Of a stretch of DNA of 38,677 nucleotides, positions 31,853 through 38,677 are shown piece by piece (positions within the stretch are counted from its first letter, which is position 1; the number at the start of each line of letters is the position of its first letter). Below the pieces are notes generated by a model that worked only from the letters and a program-made list of their open reading frames with translations, did no database searches and was not told where the DNA came from. Source of the DNA: Gemmatimonadales bacterium (lineage in GTDB: Bacteria; Gemmatimonadota; Gemmatimonadetes; Gemmatimonadales; GWC2-71-9); the NCBI GenBank assembly GCA_035688895.1, contig DASSML010000169.1, positions 1 to 38,677 on the forward strand, read 5' to 3'. A program made the translations under genes and the position numbers.

Positions 31853-33532
31853 ATGCGAACCTACCGAGATGGTACCGGCGGCCGGGGGCTGGCGCTTCTG
31901 GCCTTGGTGGTCTGCGTCGCGTCTCCGCTGGTCGCTCAGGAACGTCGCTACCTTGTCGAGCTCGGCGCGGCGGGAACGTATCAGTCCTTCGACAGCTTAG
32001 CCGGGCTCAAGAGCGCCCCGGGCTGGCTGCTACGAGGGGGTGTCTGGCTCCCGCTCAACTTCTCGGTAGAGGGGGAGTACACCTCCGCCACGCCCAAGGC
32101 CAAGGCTGACGACGTTGGGACCTCCTACCACGCTCTGTTTCTCTCATTGCTCTACAACATCCCAGTTGGACGGAGCAACTGGCTCTATCTCAAGGCCGGT
32201 GGCGGGTCCAACAGCTACGCAGGCAATAGGTACGATGAATGCCCACCACCGGGCGGGCCGACCCCCGGCGCGAACACCGCATGCGGTAGAGCGGGGGCCC
32301 TGGCCGGCGGTGCAGGCTTTCGGGTCGGAATTACCCCAATCCTCTTTGCACGGGGCGAGGCGTTGATTTCCGGCTACAAGTCAACAGCCAAGGGCTGCGA
32401 CACCGCGTGCCCATCGGACAAGACCCTCACCAACTTCGGCCTTAACGTCGGCCTGAGCGTCATGCTCGGCAGCAAGCCGATCCCCGACTCCGACAACGAC
32501 GGCATCCTCGACAACAAGGATCGCTGCCCCGACACCCCCGCCGGTGCCCAGGTGGACGGCCAGGGCTGCAGCGGCGACTCGGACACCGACGGCGTCCCCG
32601 ACGGTGTAGATCGGTGCGCCGGCACGCCGCTCGGCGCCACGGTAGATGCAAAAGGTTGCACTCGCGACTCCGACGGGGACAACATCCCCGACGGCATCGA
32701 TCGCTGCCCGGACACTCCCGCCGGCGTCCTGGTCGACCCCAACGGCTGCGCCAAGGACAGCGACGGCGACTCCATCCCGGACGGCCTCGACCGCTGCTCC
32801 GAGACCCCACGCGGCGCCACCGTGGACGCCCTGGGCTGCCCCGGCGACGAGGATGGGGACGGTGTCCTCGACGGCCTCGACCGGTGCCCCCGGACCACGC
32901 CCGGCGCCACGGTGAATCCCTCGGGCTGCGCCGCCGGCCAGGCGCCGGCACGGAACGCCCCGACGGGACAACCTGCTCCTACCGGACAGGCGAACCCGCC
33001 GGCGCAAGCGACCCCGTCGGGAGCGCCGGTGGCACCGGTGCCTCCACCGGGTGGGATACGATCGCCCCAACCGGTTCCCAAGCCTGCGGTGAAGGACTCC
33101 GTGAATCTCAAGCCCGGCGCGGCGGCAGCAGCAGTGCCCGGTGCAGCGGCCGCCGCGGGCAAGCCCAGAGCGAGCATGATCGTGGCGGGAGTCATTCCCG
33201 GTGTGGTGTTCGATGAGGGTTCAGCCCGGCTGCGTCCCGAGTCCTACGTGCCGCTCGACTCGATCGCCGACATCCTGCAGGCCGACACCACGATTCGAGT
33301 CGAGATCGGAGCGTACACCGACACCAGCACGCCGACGGCGGACGCCCAGCGTCTCACCAGCCTCCAGGCCGACGCCGTGCGCACCTATCTGGTGACCAAG
33401 GGTGTAAAGTTCCAGCAGGTGGTTCCCCAGGGCTACGGATCGACCGTTCCCATCACGCCCGATACCAGCCCCCGAGGACGTGCCGCCAATCGTCGAGTCG
33501 AGATCAGACCAGTGACAGGCACGGGCCCCTGA
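31853..33532 (+). CDS. OmpA-family outer-membrane protein with thrombospondin type-3 (Ca-binding) repeats
   Basis: Signal peptide (LALLALVVCVASPLVAQ) and an N-terminal beta-barrel-like region. Five DxDxDG..D..DRCP repeats follow, then a Pro/Ala-rich linker. The C-terminal OmpA_C domain has GAYTDTS, ADAVRTYLV and ANRRVEI. Confidence 0.85.
   Translation: MRTYRDGTGGRGLALLALVVCVASPLVAQERRYLVELGAAGTYQSFDSLAGLKSAPGWLLRGGVWLPLNFSVEGEYTSATPKAKADDVGTSYHALFLSLLYNIPVGRSNWLYLKAGGGSNSYAGNRYDECPPPGGPTPGANTACGRAGALAGGAGFRVGITPILFARGEALISGYKSTAKGCDTACPSDKTLTNFGLNVGLSVMLGSKPIPDSDNDGILDNKDRCPDTPAGAQVDGQGCSGDSDTDGVPDGVDRCAGTPLGATVDAKGCTRDSDGDNIPDGIDRCPDTPAGVLVDPNGCAKDSDGDSIPDGLDRCSETPRGATVDALGCPGDEDGDGVLDGLDRCPRTTPGATVNPSGCAAGQAPARNAPTGQPAPTGQANPPAQATPSGAPVAPVPPPGGIRSPQPVPKPAVKDSVNLKPGAAAAAVPGAAAAAGKPRASMIVAGVIPGVVFDEGSARLRPESYVPLDSIADILQADTTIRVEIGAYTDTSTPTADAQRLTSLQADAVRTYLVTKGVKFQQVVPQGYGSTVPITPDTSPRGRAANRRVEIRPVTGTGP
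32486..32935 (+). repeat. Five tandem 90-nt (30-aa) TSP3 coding repeats
   Basis: DSDNDGILDNKDRCPDTPAGAQVDGQGCSG, DSDTDGVPDGVDRCAGTPLGATVDAKGCTR, DSDGDNIPDGIDRCPDTPAGVLVDPNGCAK, DSDGDSIPDGLDRCSETPRGATVDALGCPG and DEDGDGVLDGLDRCPRTTPGATVNPSGCAA. Confidence 0.9.
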
Positions 33533-33537
33533 TTTGC

Positions 33538-33587
33538 AGAGTTGCCGGAATGTGGGCGTCGCATCGCACCCGCGTTCCGGCAACTCT
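33538..33587 (+). terminator. Long hairpin after the ompA-like gene (13-bp perfect stem AGAGTTGCCGGAA / TTCCGGCAACTCT, 24-nt loop)
   Basis: Arms lie at 33538-33550 and 33575-33587, starting 6 nt after the stop. There is no U-tract, so the function (terminator or processing/stability element) is uncertain. Confidence 0.4.
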
Positions 33588-33601
33588 CACTTCAGGGCCA
33601 C

Positions 33602-34831
33602 ATGTCTCGGTCGCTCGCCTGCGGCGTTCTGTTCGTTCTTCTGCACATTGCACCGCCGAACATTGCACCATTGGCCGCTCAGCAACCGGAGCGGTGGGGC
33701 GACGAGCTTCCCCCCGCGCCGGAGCTCTCCGCCATGCCGGTGGCACCGGTGCTCGACTCGGTCCGCTGGCCGGCCCCGCCGTTGAACCGACCGCCGGCGC
33801 AGGTTCGTGCGGTGTACGTGAATGCCTGGGCCTTCGGCGGCCGCCGCTTCCGCGAGCTCGTCGCCCTGGCCGACCGCACCGAGATCAACGCCTTCGTGAT
33901 CGACGTGAAGGACGACACCGGCTACCTGACCTACCGGTCCACCGTCCCGACCGCGGTCCAGATCGGCGCCAACCAACAGCTCCGTGCCCGGGACACCGAG
34001 GCGCGCCTCCGGCTCCTCCGCGAGCACGGCATTCATCCGATCGCCCGGATCGTCGTGGCCAAGGATCCGCTGCTGGCCTCGCGCAAGCCGGAGTGGTCGG
34101 TTCGCCACGTGAACGGCGGCCTCTGGCGCGATCGGCTGGACTTCGCCTGGGTCGATGCCTTCAACGACTCGGTCTGGATCTACGCCTCCCAGCTTGCCGC
34201 CGAGGCGGTTCGCATGGGCTTCGCCGAGGTGCAGTACGACTACGTGCGCTTTCCCGACGAGCCCGAGAGCCGCCTGGCCAACGCCGTCTTCGCCTCCCGC
34301 CGCGACGGCGAGACCAAGCGGCAGGGTGTCGCCCGCAATCTCAAGCTCCTCGGTGACCGTACCCGCCCGCTCGGTGTCCCGTTCACCATCGACGTCTTTG
34401 GTCTGACCACCAGCGCCCGCACCGACATGGGGATCGGGCAGTACTGGGAGGATCTCGTCACCACCGCCGACGTGGTGCTGCCGATGGTCTACCCCAGCCA
34501 CTACGTCCATGGGGTGTACAACCTGAAGCGCCCGAACGACGAGCCCTACCAGCTCATCCGCCGTGCGATGCAGGACGCCTTGCGTCGCTCCGCCCCTCTC
34601 GGCAAGACCGCCGAGGTCCGGCCCTACCTGCAAGCCTTTACCCTGGGGGCCCCCCGGTACACTCCGGCGCTGGTGCGTGAGCAGATCCGCGCCGCCGAGG
34701 AGCTGGGGCTCAAGTCCTGGGTGCTCTGGAATCCCCGGAGCGCGTATGATCAGGGCATCTTCCGACCCGAGCCCGCCGCGGTGGGAATGACCCCGGAGGA
34801 CACCAGGCGTCCTGATTCGGGGACGGAATGA
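33602..34831 (+). CDS. Putative secreted glycoside hydrolase-like TIM-barrel protein (DUF4015/GHL type)
   Basis: Start is taken at ATG 33602, giving a signal-like MSRSLACGVLFVLLHIA. RAVYVNAWAFGG..F.ELV.LADRTEINAFVIDVKDDTGYLTY and EVQYDYVRFPDE fit the DUF4015 pattern as recalled. Confidence 0.55.
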   Translation: MSRSLACGVLFVLLHIAPPNIAPLAAQQPERWGDELPPAPELSAMPVAPVLDSVRWPAPPLNRPPAQVRAVYVNAWAFGGRRFRELVALADRTEINAFVIDVKDDTGYLTYRSTVPTAVQIGANQQLRARDTEARLRLLREHGIHPIARIVVAKDPLLASRKPEWSVRHVNGGLWRDRLDFAWVDAFNDSVWIYASQLAAEAVRMGFAEVQYDYVRFPDEPESRLANAVFASRRDGETKRQGVARNLKLLGDRTRPLGVPFTIDVFGLTTSARTDMGIGQYWEDLVTTADVVLPMVYPSHYVHGVYNLKRPNDEPYQLIRRAMQDALRRSAPLGKTAEVRPYLQAFTLGAPRYTPALVREQIRAAEELGLKSWVLWNPRSAYDQGIFRPEPAAVGMTPEDTRRPDSGTE

Positions 34832-34936
34832 CCCGGACCTCACCTGGCTCCGATCACCACCAACCAGTTCAATTAGTTGACTGACAAGCGTTTAGCTCAG
34901 TAGGCCCCAGGCGGCCCGCCCCTTGCCCCACCTGCC

Positions 34937-34964
34937 TTGACCGGCTTCGTGCCGGCTGTATTCT
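34937..34964 (+). promoter_or_regulatory. Candidate promoter TTGACC-N16-TATTCT upstream of the cytochrome c gene
   Basis: -35 at 34937-34942 and -10 at 34959-34964, in the lower-GC 217-nt spacer. This would give a ~78-nt leader. Confidence 0.35.
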
Positions 34965-35048
34965 CAATCATCGCTGCGAGATTCCATTCAGGAGTGGCCT
35001 TCCCGCCGTCCGGCCAGGAAGCCCGCTCCTTCTACGTCACAGGAGCGC

Positions 35049-35438
35049 ATGATGCACATCGGTTCTCGCCTCGGCCTGGTGCTCGCCGTCGCCGTTCTCG
35101 TCGGGGCCACCCCCGCGGCGGCCCAGGGCAAGGCTCCGGCCGGTCCCACCCCGGCGCTGGCCCAGAAAGGCGATTCGATCTTCCACGGCCCGGGGCTGTG
35201 CTACGCCTGCCATGGGGCCAACGCCCAGGGCGCCGTGGGGCCGAACCTCACCGACTCGGAGTGGATCCACGGCGACGGCTCCTACGACTTCATCGTGGCG
35301 ACCGTGACCTCCGGCATCCCCAAGGAGAAGGCCAAGGGCGGCGTCCCGATGCCGGCCAAGGGTGGAAGCAGCATCAGCGATGACGACGTGAAGGCGGTCG
35401 CAGCCTACGTCTATTCGTTGAGCCACAAGCTCCAGTAA
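35049..35438 (+). CDS. Periplasmic class-I c-type cytochrome
   Basis: AGGAG at 35041-35045 and a signal peptide ending ...ATPAAAQG. A single CYACHG haem motif is present, with MPAKGG as a candidate Met ligand. 129 aa. Confidence 0.8.
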   Translation: MMHIGSRLGLVLAVAVLVGATPAAAQGKAPAGPTPALAQKGDSIFHGPGLCYACHGANAQGAVGPNLTDSEWIHGDGSYDFIVATVTSGIPKEKAKGGVPMPAKGGSSISDDDVKAVAAYVYSLSHKLQ

Positions 35439-35459
35439 TCCGCCGTTACCGTCCGTCCT

Positions 35460-35488
35460 GCGGGGGCGCACCGATGGGGCGCCCCCGC
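35460..35488 (+). terminator. Hairpin terminator after the cytochrome c gene (GCGGGGGCGC-N9-GCGCCCCCGC)
   Basis: 10-bp perfect GC stem at 35460-35469 and 35479-35488, followed by TGCGTTTCC (weak T-tract). Confidence 0.55.
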
Positions 35489-35513
35489 TGCGTTTCCGGA
35501 CTACCTTCCGCAC

Positions 35514-37586
35514 ATGACCAGCAACCGTCTCGGGACGGCCAGCTCCTCTTACCTCCGCTCGGCCGCCCATCAGCCGATCCACTGGTATCCCTGGAGTGAA
35601 GAGGCGTTCGCCGCCGCTCGGTGCGCCGACAAGCCCGTGCTCCTCGACATCGGCGCGGTCTGGTGCCACTGGTGCCACGTGATGGACGGGGAGTCGTACG
35701 AGGATCCCGCCCTGGCCGAGTACCTCAACCAGCACTTCGTCTGCATCAAGGTGGATCGGGATGAGCGGCCCGACGTCGACGCCCGCTACCAGCACGCCGT
35801 CCAGGCGATCACTCGCCAGGGCGGCTGGCCGCTCACCGCTTTTCTCACTCCGACCGGCGACGTGTTCTACGGCGGGACCTACTTCCCACCCGACGGGAGG
35901 TACGGTCGGCCGGGCTTTCACACGGTACTGGCCGGAGTCCTGGACGCGTATCACTCCCGGCGCGATCAGGTGACCGCCCAGGCGGACGCCATTCGGCGGA
36001 TCCTGGACGCCGCCCTCGACGAAGCCGCTCCCGGTGAGGCCTCACCGGCGCTGCTCGCCGGCGCGGTGCGCCAGATGGCCGCGGTGTTCGATCGGATCCA
36101 TGGCGGCTTCGGGAGTCAGCCCAAGTTCCCCCATCCGGGCGCGATCACCGTGCTGCTGCACCGGTGGTACGACGCACCCGATGCGGAAACGCGTCGGATC
36201 ATCGATCGGACCCTGGAGGGGATGGGCCGGGGCGGTGTCTACGACCAGCTCGGAGGCGGCTTCCATCGCTACAGCGTGGACGCGGAGTGGGTCGTGCCCC
36301 ACTTCGAGAAGATGTCCTACGACAACTCCGAGCTGCTCAAGGCCTACCTCGACGCGTATGCCCTGTTCGGCACCGAGGAATACGCCGAGGTGGCGCGGGG
36401 CATCGTCCGCTGGGTGCGTGAGGTGATGGCGGATCCGGAAGGCGGCTACGCGGCGAGCCAGGACGCCGACGTGGGCCTCGACGACGATGGCGACTATTTC
36501 ACCTGGACCCGGGACGAGGCCGCCGAGGCGCTGACGCCGGAGGAACTGGCGGTGGTCGGTGAGTACTACGATATCGGCACCGCCGGGGAGATGCACCACC
36601 ATCCCGGCAAGAACGTGCTCTTCGTCGCGGTCGACCTGCCCCAGCTGGCTCGCCGCCTCGGACGTGCCGAGTCGGAGGTCCGGGTACTCCTCGATTCCGG
36701 CCGCGCCAAGCTCCTGGCCGCGCGAGCGCGGCGGACCGCGCCTTTCGTTGACCGGACCCGGTACGCCAACTGGAACGCGATGATGGCCTCCGCGCTGCTC
36801 CGGGCCGGCGAGGTCCTGGGCGACGAATGGGCCCGCGAGCACGCCCTGCGGACCCTCGAGCGTCTGCGCCGCGAGGCGGACGAGCCCGACGCGCTCCGCC
36901 ACACCCCGGGCGGCGTCACCGGCCTCCTCGAGGACCAGGTGCACGCCGCGGCCGCGGCCCTCGACGCCTACGAGGTCACCGCGGACGCCGGCTGGCTGCG
37001 CTGGGCCGAAGCGCTGATGGAGCGGGTCTGGCGTGAGTACCGCGATGAAGCTCGCGGAGGGCTGTTCGACACGGTGCCGAGCCGACAGGGCGAAGGCCTC
37101 CTCCCCACCCGGCTCAAGCCGATCCAGGACACCCCCACTCCGAGCCCGAATGGAGTGGCCGGCGTCGTCTGCGCCCGGCTGCATGCCTTCACCGAAGACG
37201 TGCGCTGGGCCGATCGCCGGGAGGAGCTGGTGGCGGCCTTCGCAGGCGGCGCCGCGACACTGGGCCTCCATGGCGCGGCCTACCTGCTGGCGCTCGATTG
37301 GCAGCTCAACCCGCCCACTCACCTGGTGGTGACCGGTCCCGCCGGCGATCCCACGGCGGAGGCCTTCCACCGGGCCGCCCTCGCCGGCTTCGCGCCGCGC
37401 CGGGTGGTCCGGCGCCTGCTCCCCGAGCCCACCGGAACGCCCCTGCCCCCTCCCCTCCGCGCGATGCTTCGGACCGGCTCCGAGCCGCGCGGCTACGCCT
37501 GCCGCGGGATGGCCTGCAGCCTTCCGGCCGAGTCGATCGATGCCTGGCGCGAGACGCTCGCGTCGCTGGTGCCGCCGAGGGATTAG
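35514..37586 (+). CDS. Thioredoxin-domain protein of the DUF255/YyaL family (thioredoxin fold plus alpha/alpha six-hairpin domain)
   Basis: HWYPWSEEAF..A...DKPVLLDIGAVWCHWCHVMD.ESYED and FVCIKVDRDERPDVD are the hallmark N-terminal DUF255 pattern. 690 aa. Confidence 0.85.
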   Translation: MTSNRLGTASSSYLRSAAHQPIHWYPWSEEAFAAARCADKPVLLDIGAVWCHWCHVMDGESYEDPALAEYLNQHFVCIKVDRDERPDVDARYQHAVQAITRQGGWPLTAFLTPTGDVFYGGTYFPPDGRYGRPGFHTVLAGVLDAYHSRRDQVTAQADAIRRILDAALDEAAPGEASPALLAGAVRQMAAVFDRIHGGFGSQPKFPHPGAITVLLHRWYDAPDAETRRIIDRTLEGMGRGGVYDQLGGGFHRYSVDAEWVVPHFEKMSYDNSELLKAYLDAYALFGTEEYAEVARGIVRWVREVMADPEGGYAASQDADVGLDDDGDYFTWTRDEAAEALTPEELAVVGEYYDIGTAGEMHHHPGKNVLFVAVDLPQLARRLGRAESEVRVLLDSGRAKLLAARARRTAPFVDRTRYANWNAMMASALLRAGEVLGDEWAREHALRTLERLRREADEPDALRHTPGGVTGLLEDQVHAAAAALDAYEVTADAGWLRWAEALMERVWREYRDEARGGLFDTVPSRQGEGLLPTRLKPIQDTPTPSPNGVAGVVCARLHAFTEDVRWADRREELVAAFAGGAATLGLHGAAYLLALDWQLNPPTHLVVTGPAGDPTAEAFHRAALAGFAPRRVVRRLLPEPTGTPLPPPLRAMLRTGSEPRGYACRGMACSLPAESIDAWRETLASLVPPRD

Positions 37587-37622
37587 ATTAGGCCGACGAC
37601 CAACCGACCCGAGAGGATTTGC

Positions 37623-38072
37623 GTGACCAAGACCGCCACTATCGAAACCAGCAAGGGCACCATCGTCGCCGAGCTGTTCGACAACGAGACGCCCAACACC
37701 GTCGCCAACTTCGAGAAGCTCGCCAACAGCTCGTTCTACGATGGCACCCGCTTCCACCGGGTCATCGCGAACTTCATGATCCAGGGTGGCGATCCCCTAT
37801 CGAAGGAGCCGGGCAACTCCCGTGTCGGCACCGGCGGCCCCGGGTACAAGATCAAGTGCGAGACGCACCTCAACACCCACAGGCACGTGGCCGGGACCCT
37901 GTCCATGGCCCACGCCGGCAAGGACACGGGCGGCAGTCAGTTCTTCATCTGTCACTCGCCCCAGGCGCACCTCGACAAGGTGCACACGGTGTTCGGTCAG
38001 GTGCGTGAAGGGATGAACGTGGTCAACGACATCCGGCAGAATGATGTGATCAACAGCATCCGGGTGTCCTGA
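37623..38072 (+). CDS. ppiB: Cyclophilin-type peptidyl-prolyl cis-trans isomerase
   Basis: GTG start with GAGAGGA upstream. [28 protein letters not shown] and HTVFGQV are cyclophilin signatures. Confidence 0.9.
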   Translation: MTKTATIETSKGTIVAELFDNETPNTVANFEKLANSSFYDGTRFHRVIANFMIQGGDPLSKEPGNSRVGTGGPGYKIKCETHLNTHRHVAGTLSMAHAGKDTGGSQFFICHSPQAHLDKVHTVFGQVREGMNVVNDIRQNDVINSIRVS

Positions 38073-38073
38073 G

Positions 38074-38469
38074 CTGCATCTCGACTTCGCACTGGTCTCC
38101 GACTACGCCCTGATCGACCAGCAGGGCAAGCTGAGCGTACTGGGAATCTTCCAGCATGTCTGGCTGACCAAGTTCCCGGCCGTCTGCCCCCGCACCCACC
38201 TGGTGCTTCGGGTGCGGGGGCGGCGCACCGAGATCGGCGTCCACACCATCCGGATCCGGTTCGTGGACGAGGCGGGCACCGAGCTGCTGGGCGGCGAGGG
38301 GACGGTGCAGTTCGGCGAGCCGCCCGCTGGCGTGGTCGATGTCGAAGCGGGAGCCGTGCTGGTGTTCGACATCCCCCTGCCCCGCCCCGGCCTCTACGCC
38401 TTCGAGATCTCGCTCGATGGCGAGCTCGGCAGCCGGGTGCCCCTTACCGCCGCCCAGGTCGAGAACTAG
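38074..38469 (+). CDS. Conserved-looking hypothetical protein with no canonical start for its N-terminal 43 codons
   Basis: The frame is open from 38050. From 38074 (CTG) the translation is LHLDFALVSDYALIDQQGKLSVLGIFQHVWLTKFPAVCPRTHLVLRVRG..., with third-position GC ~39/44 like real coding sequence. The first ATG/GTG/TTG in frame is GTG 38203, which is the track ORF. Confidence 0.45.
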   Translation: MHLDFALVSDYALIDQQGKLSVLGIFQHVWLTKFPAVCPRTHLVLRVRGRRTEIGVHTIRIRFVDEAGTELLGGEGTVQFGEPPAGVVDVEAGAVLVFDIPLPRPGLYAFEISLDGELGSRVPLTAAQVEN

Positions 38470-38507
38470 CTCCTCTTTCCCCTTCACCTTCGACGCTGCC
38501 CGGATCC

Positions 38508-38677
38508 ATGGCCCTCGACCGTCCCGCCGCCCTCGCCCTCATGCAGCAGTACACCGCGTCCGACGCGCTCCGGAAGCACATGTACGCCGTTGAGCTCGCC
38601 ATGCGGGCCATGGCGGCACAGGCCGGGGAGGATCCCGACGCGTGGGGAATCGTCGGGCTGTTGCACGACTTCGATTA
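38508..38677 (+). CDS. HD-domain (HDIG-type) metal-dependent phosphohydrolase, 5' fragment running off the window
   Basis: MALDRPAALALMQQYTASDALRKHMYAVELAMRAMAAQAGEDPDAWGIVGLLHDFD matches the N-terminal pattern of small HD/HDIG proteins (....H...VE..MR..A...GED...WG..GLLHDFDY). Confidence 0.65.
   Translation, partial: MALDRPAALALMQQYTASDALRKHMYAVELAMRAMAAQAGEDPDAWGIVGLLHDFD

Noticed and set aside
32486-32935. Regular 90-nt periodic repeats that could be mistaken for a CRISPR or VNTR array
   Set aside because: The repeats are in frame inside the OmpA-like CDS and encode canonical thrombospondin type-3 calcium-binding repeats. There are no unique spacers.
34888-34905. tRNA-like fragment gtttagctcagtaggcc (D-arm-like TAGCTCAGT)
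   Set aside because: No matching acceptor stem, anticodon arm or GTTCGAATC-type T-arm follows. It is at most a chance resemblance or a tiny relic, with no integrase or repeat nearby to suggest an att site.
38050-38080. Programmed +1 frameshift fusing cyclophilin to the downstream ORF
   Set aside because: The cyclophilin ends at a natural family C-terminus (..[10 protein letters not shown]). There is no slippery or shifty-stop context resembling known +1 sites. An unusual start or reinitiation is the simpler explanation.
1-38677. Mobile element, prophage, defence island or CRISPR-Cas content
   Set aside because: No transposase, integrase, recombinase, terminal inverted repeats, restriction/toxin-type genes, cas genes or repeat-spacer arrays were recognised on either strand. 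The low-GC patches are short promoter-like spacers only.

Overview
High-GC bacterial chromosomal window dominated by a one-carbon (methylotrophy) island. Left to right: fhcB-fhcA-fhcD-fhcC-mch, linked by ATGA/GTGA stop-start overlaps. Next is a lipoprotein built from two tandem EthD domains. Then comes a block of tetrahydromethanopterin (H4MPT) and methanofuran cofactor-biosynthesis genes: RimK-type ligase, CitG-like, PTPS-like, HisA/F-like, amino-acid-kinase-like, MfnB-like, SDR, pterin carbinolamine dehydratase, DHPS-like, pabB, pabA, DUF447 and beta-RFAP synthase. This block is interrupted by a large periplasmic-sensor HAMP-GAF-GGDEF-EAL protein. A ~680-nt non-coding gap follows, opened by a near-consensus sigma70-type promoter. 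After it lie a lanthanide-type xoxF-xoxJ-xoxG operon and a second operon of four secreted accessory proteins: a pentapeptide-repeat protein, a YVTN beta-propeller lipoprotein and two paralogous JAB/MPN-like proteins. The right third looks housekeeping-like: DoxX-like, prolyl oligopeptidase, pfk, OmpA/TSP3 protein, DUF4015 hydrolase, cytochrome c, DUF255 thioredoxin-like, cyclophilin and an HD protein. The main hidden item is a 75-codon Rdx/SelW-like gene with an in-frame TGA (CxxU) just upstream of pfk, which the six-frame ORF track cannot show. No rRNA, tRNA, CRISPR array, transposase or integrase was seen. All family assignments come from motif and pattern recognition by eye, not from database searches.
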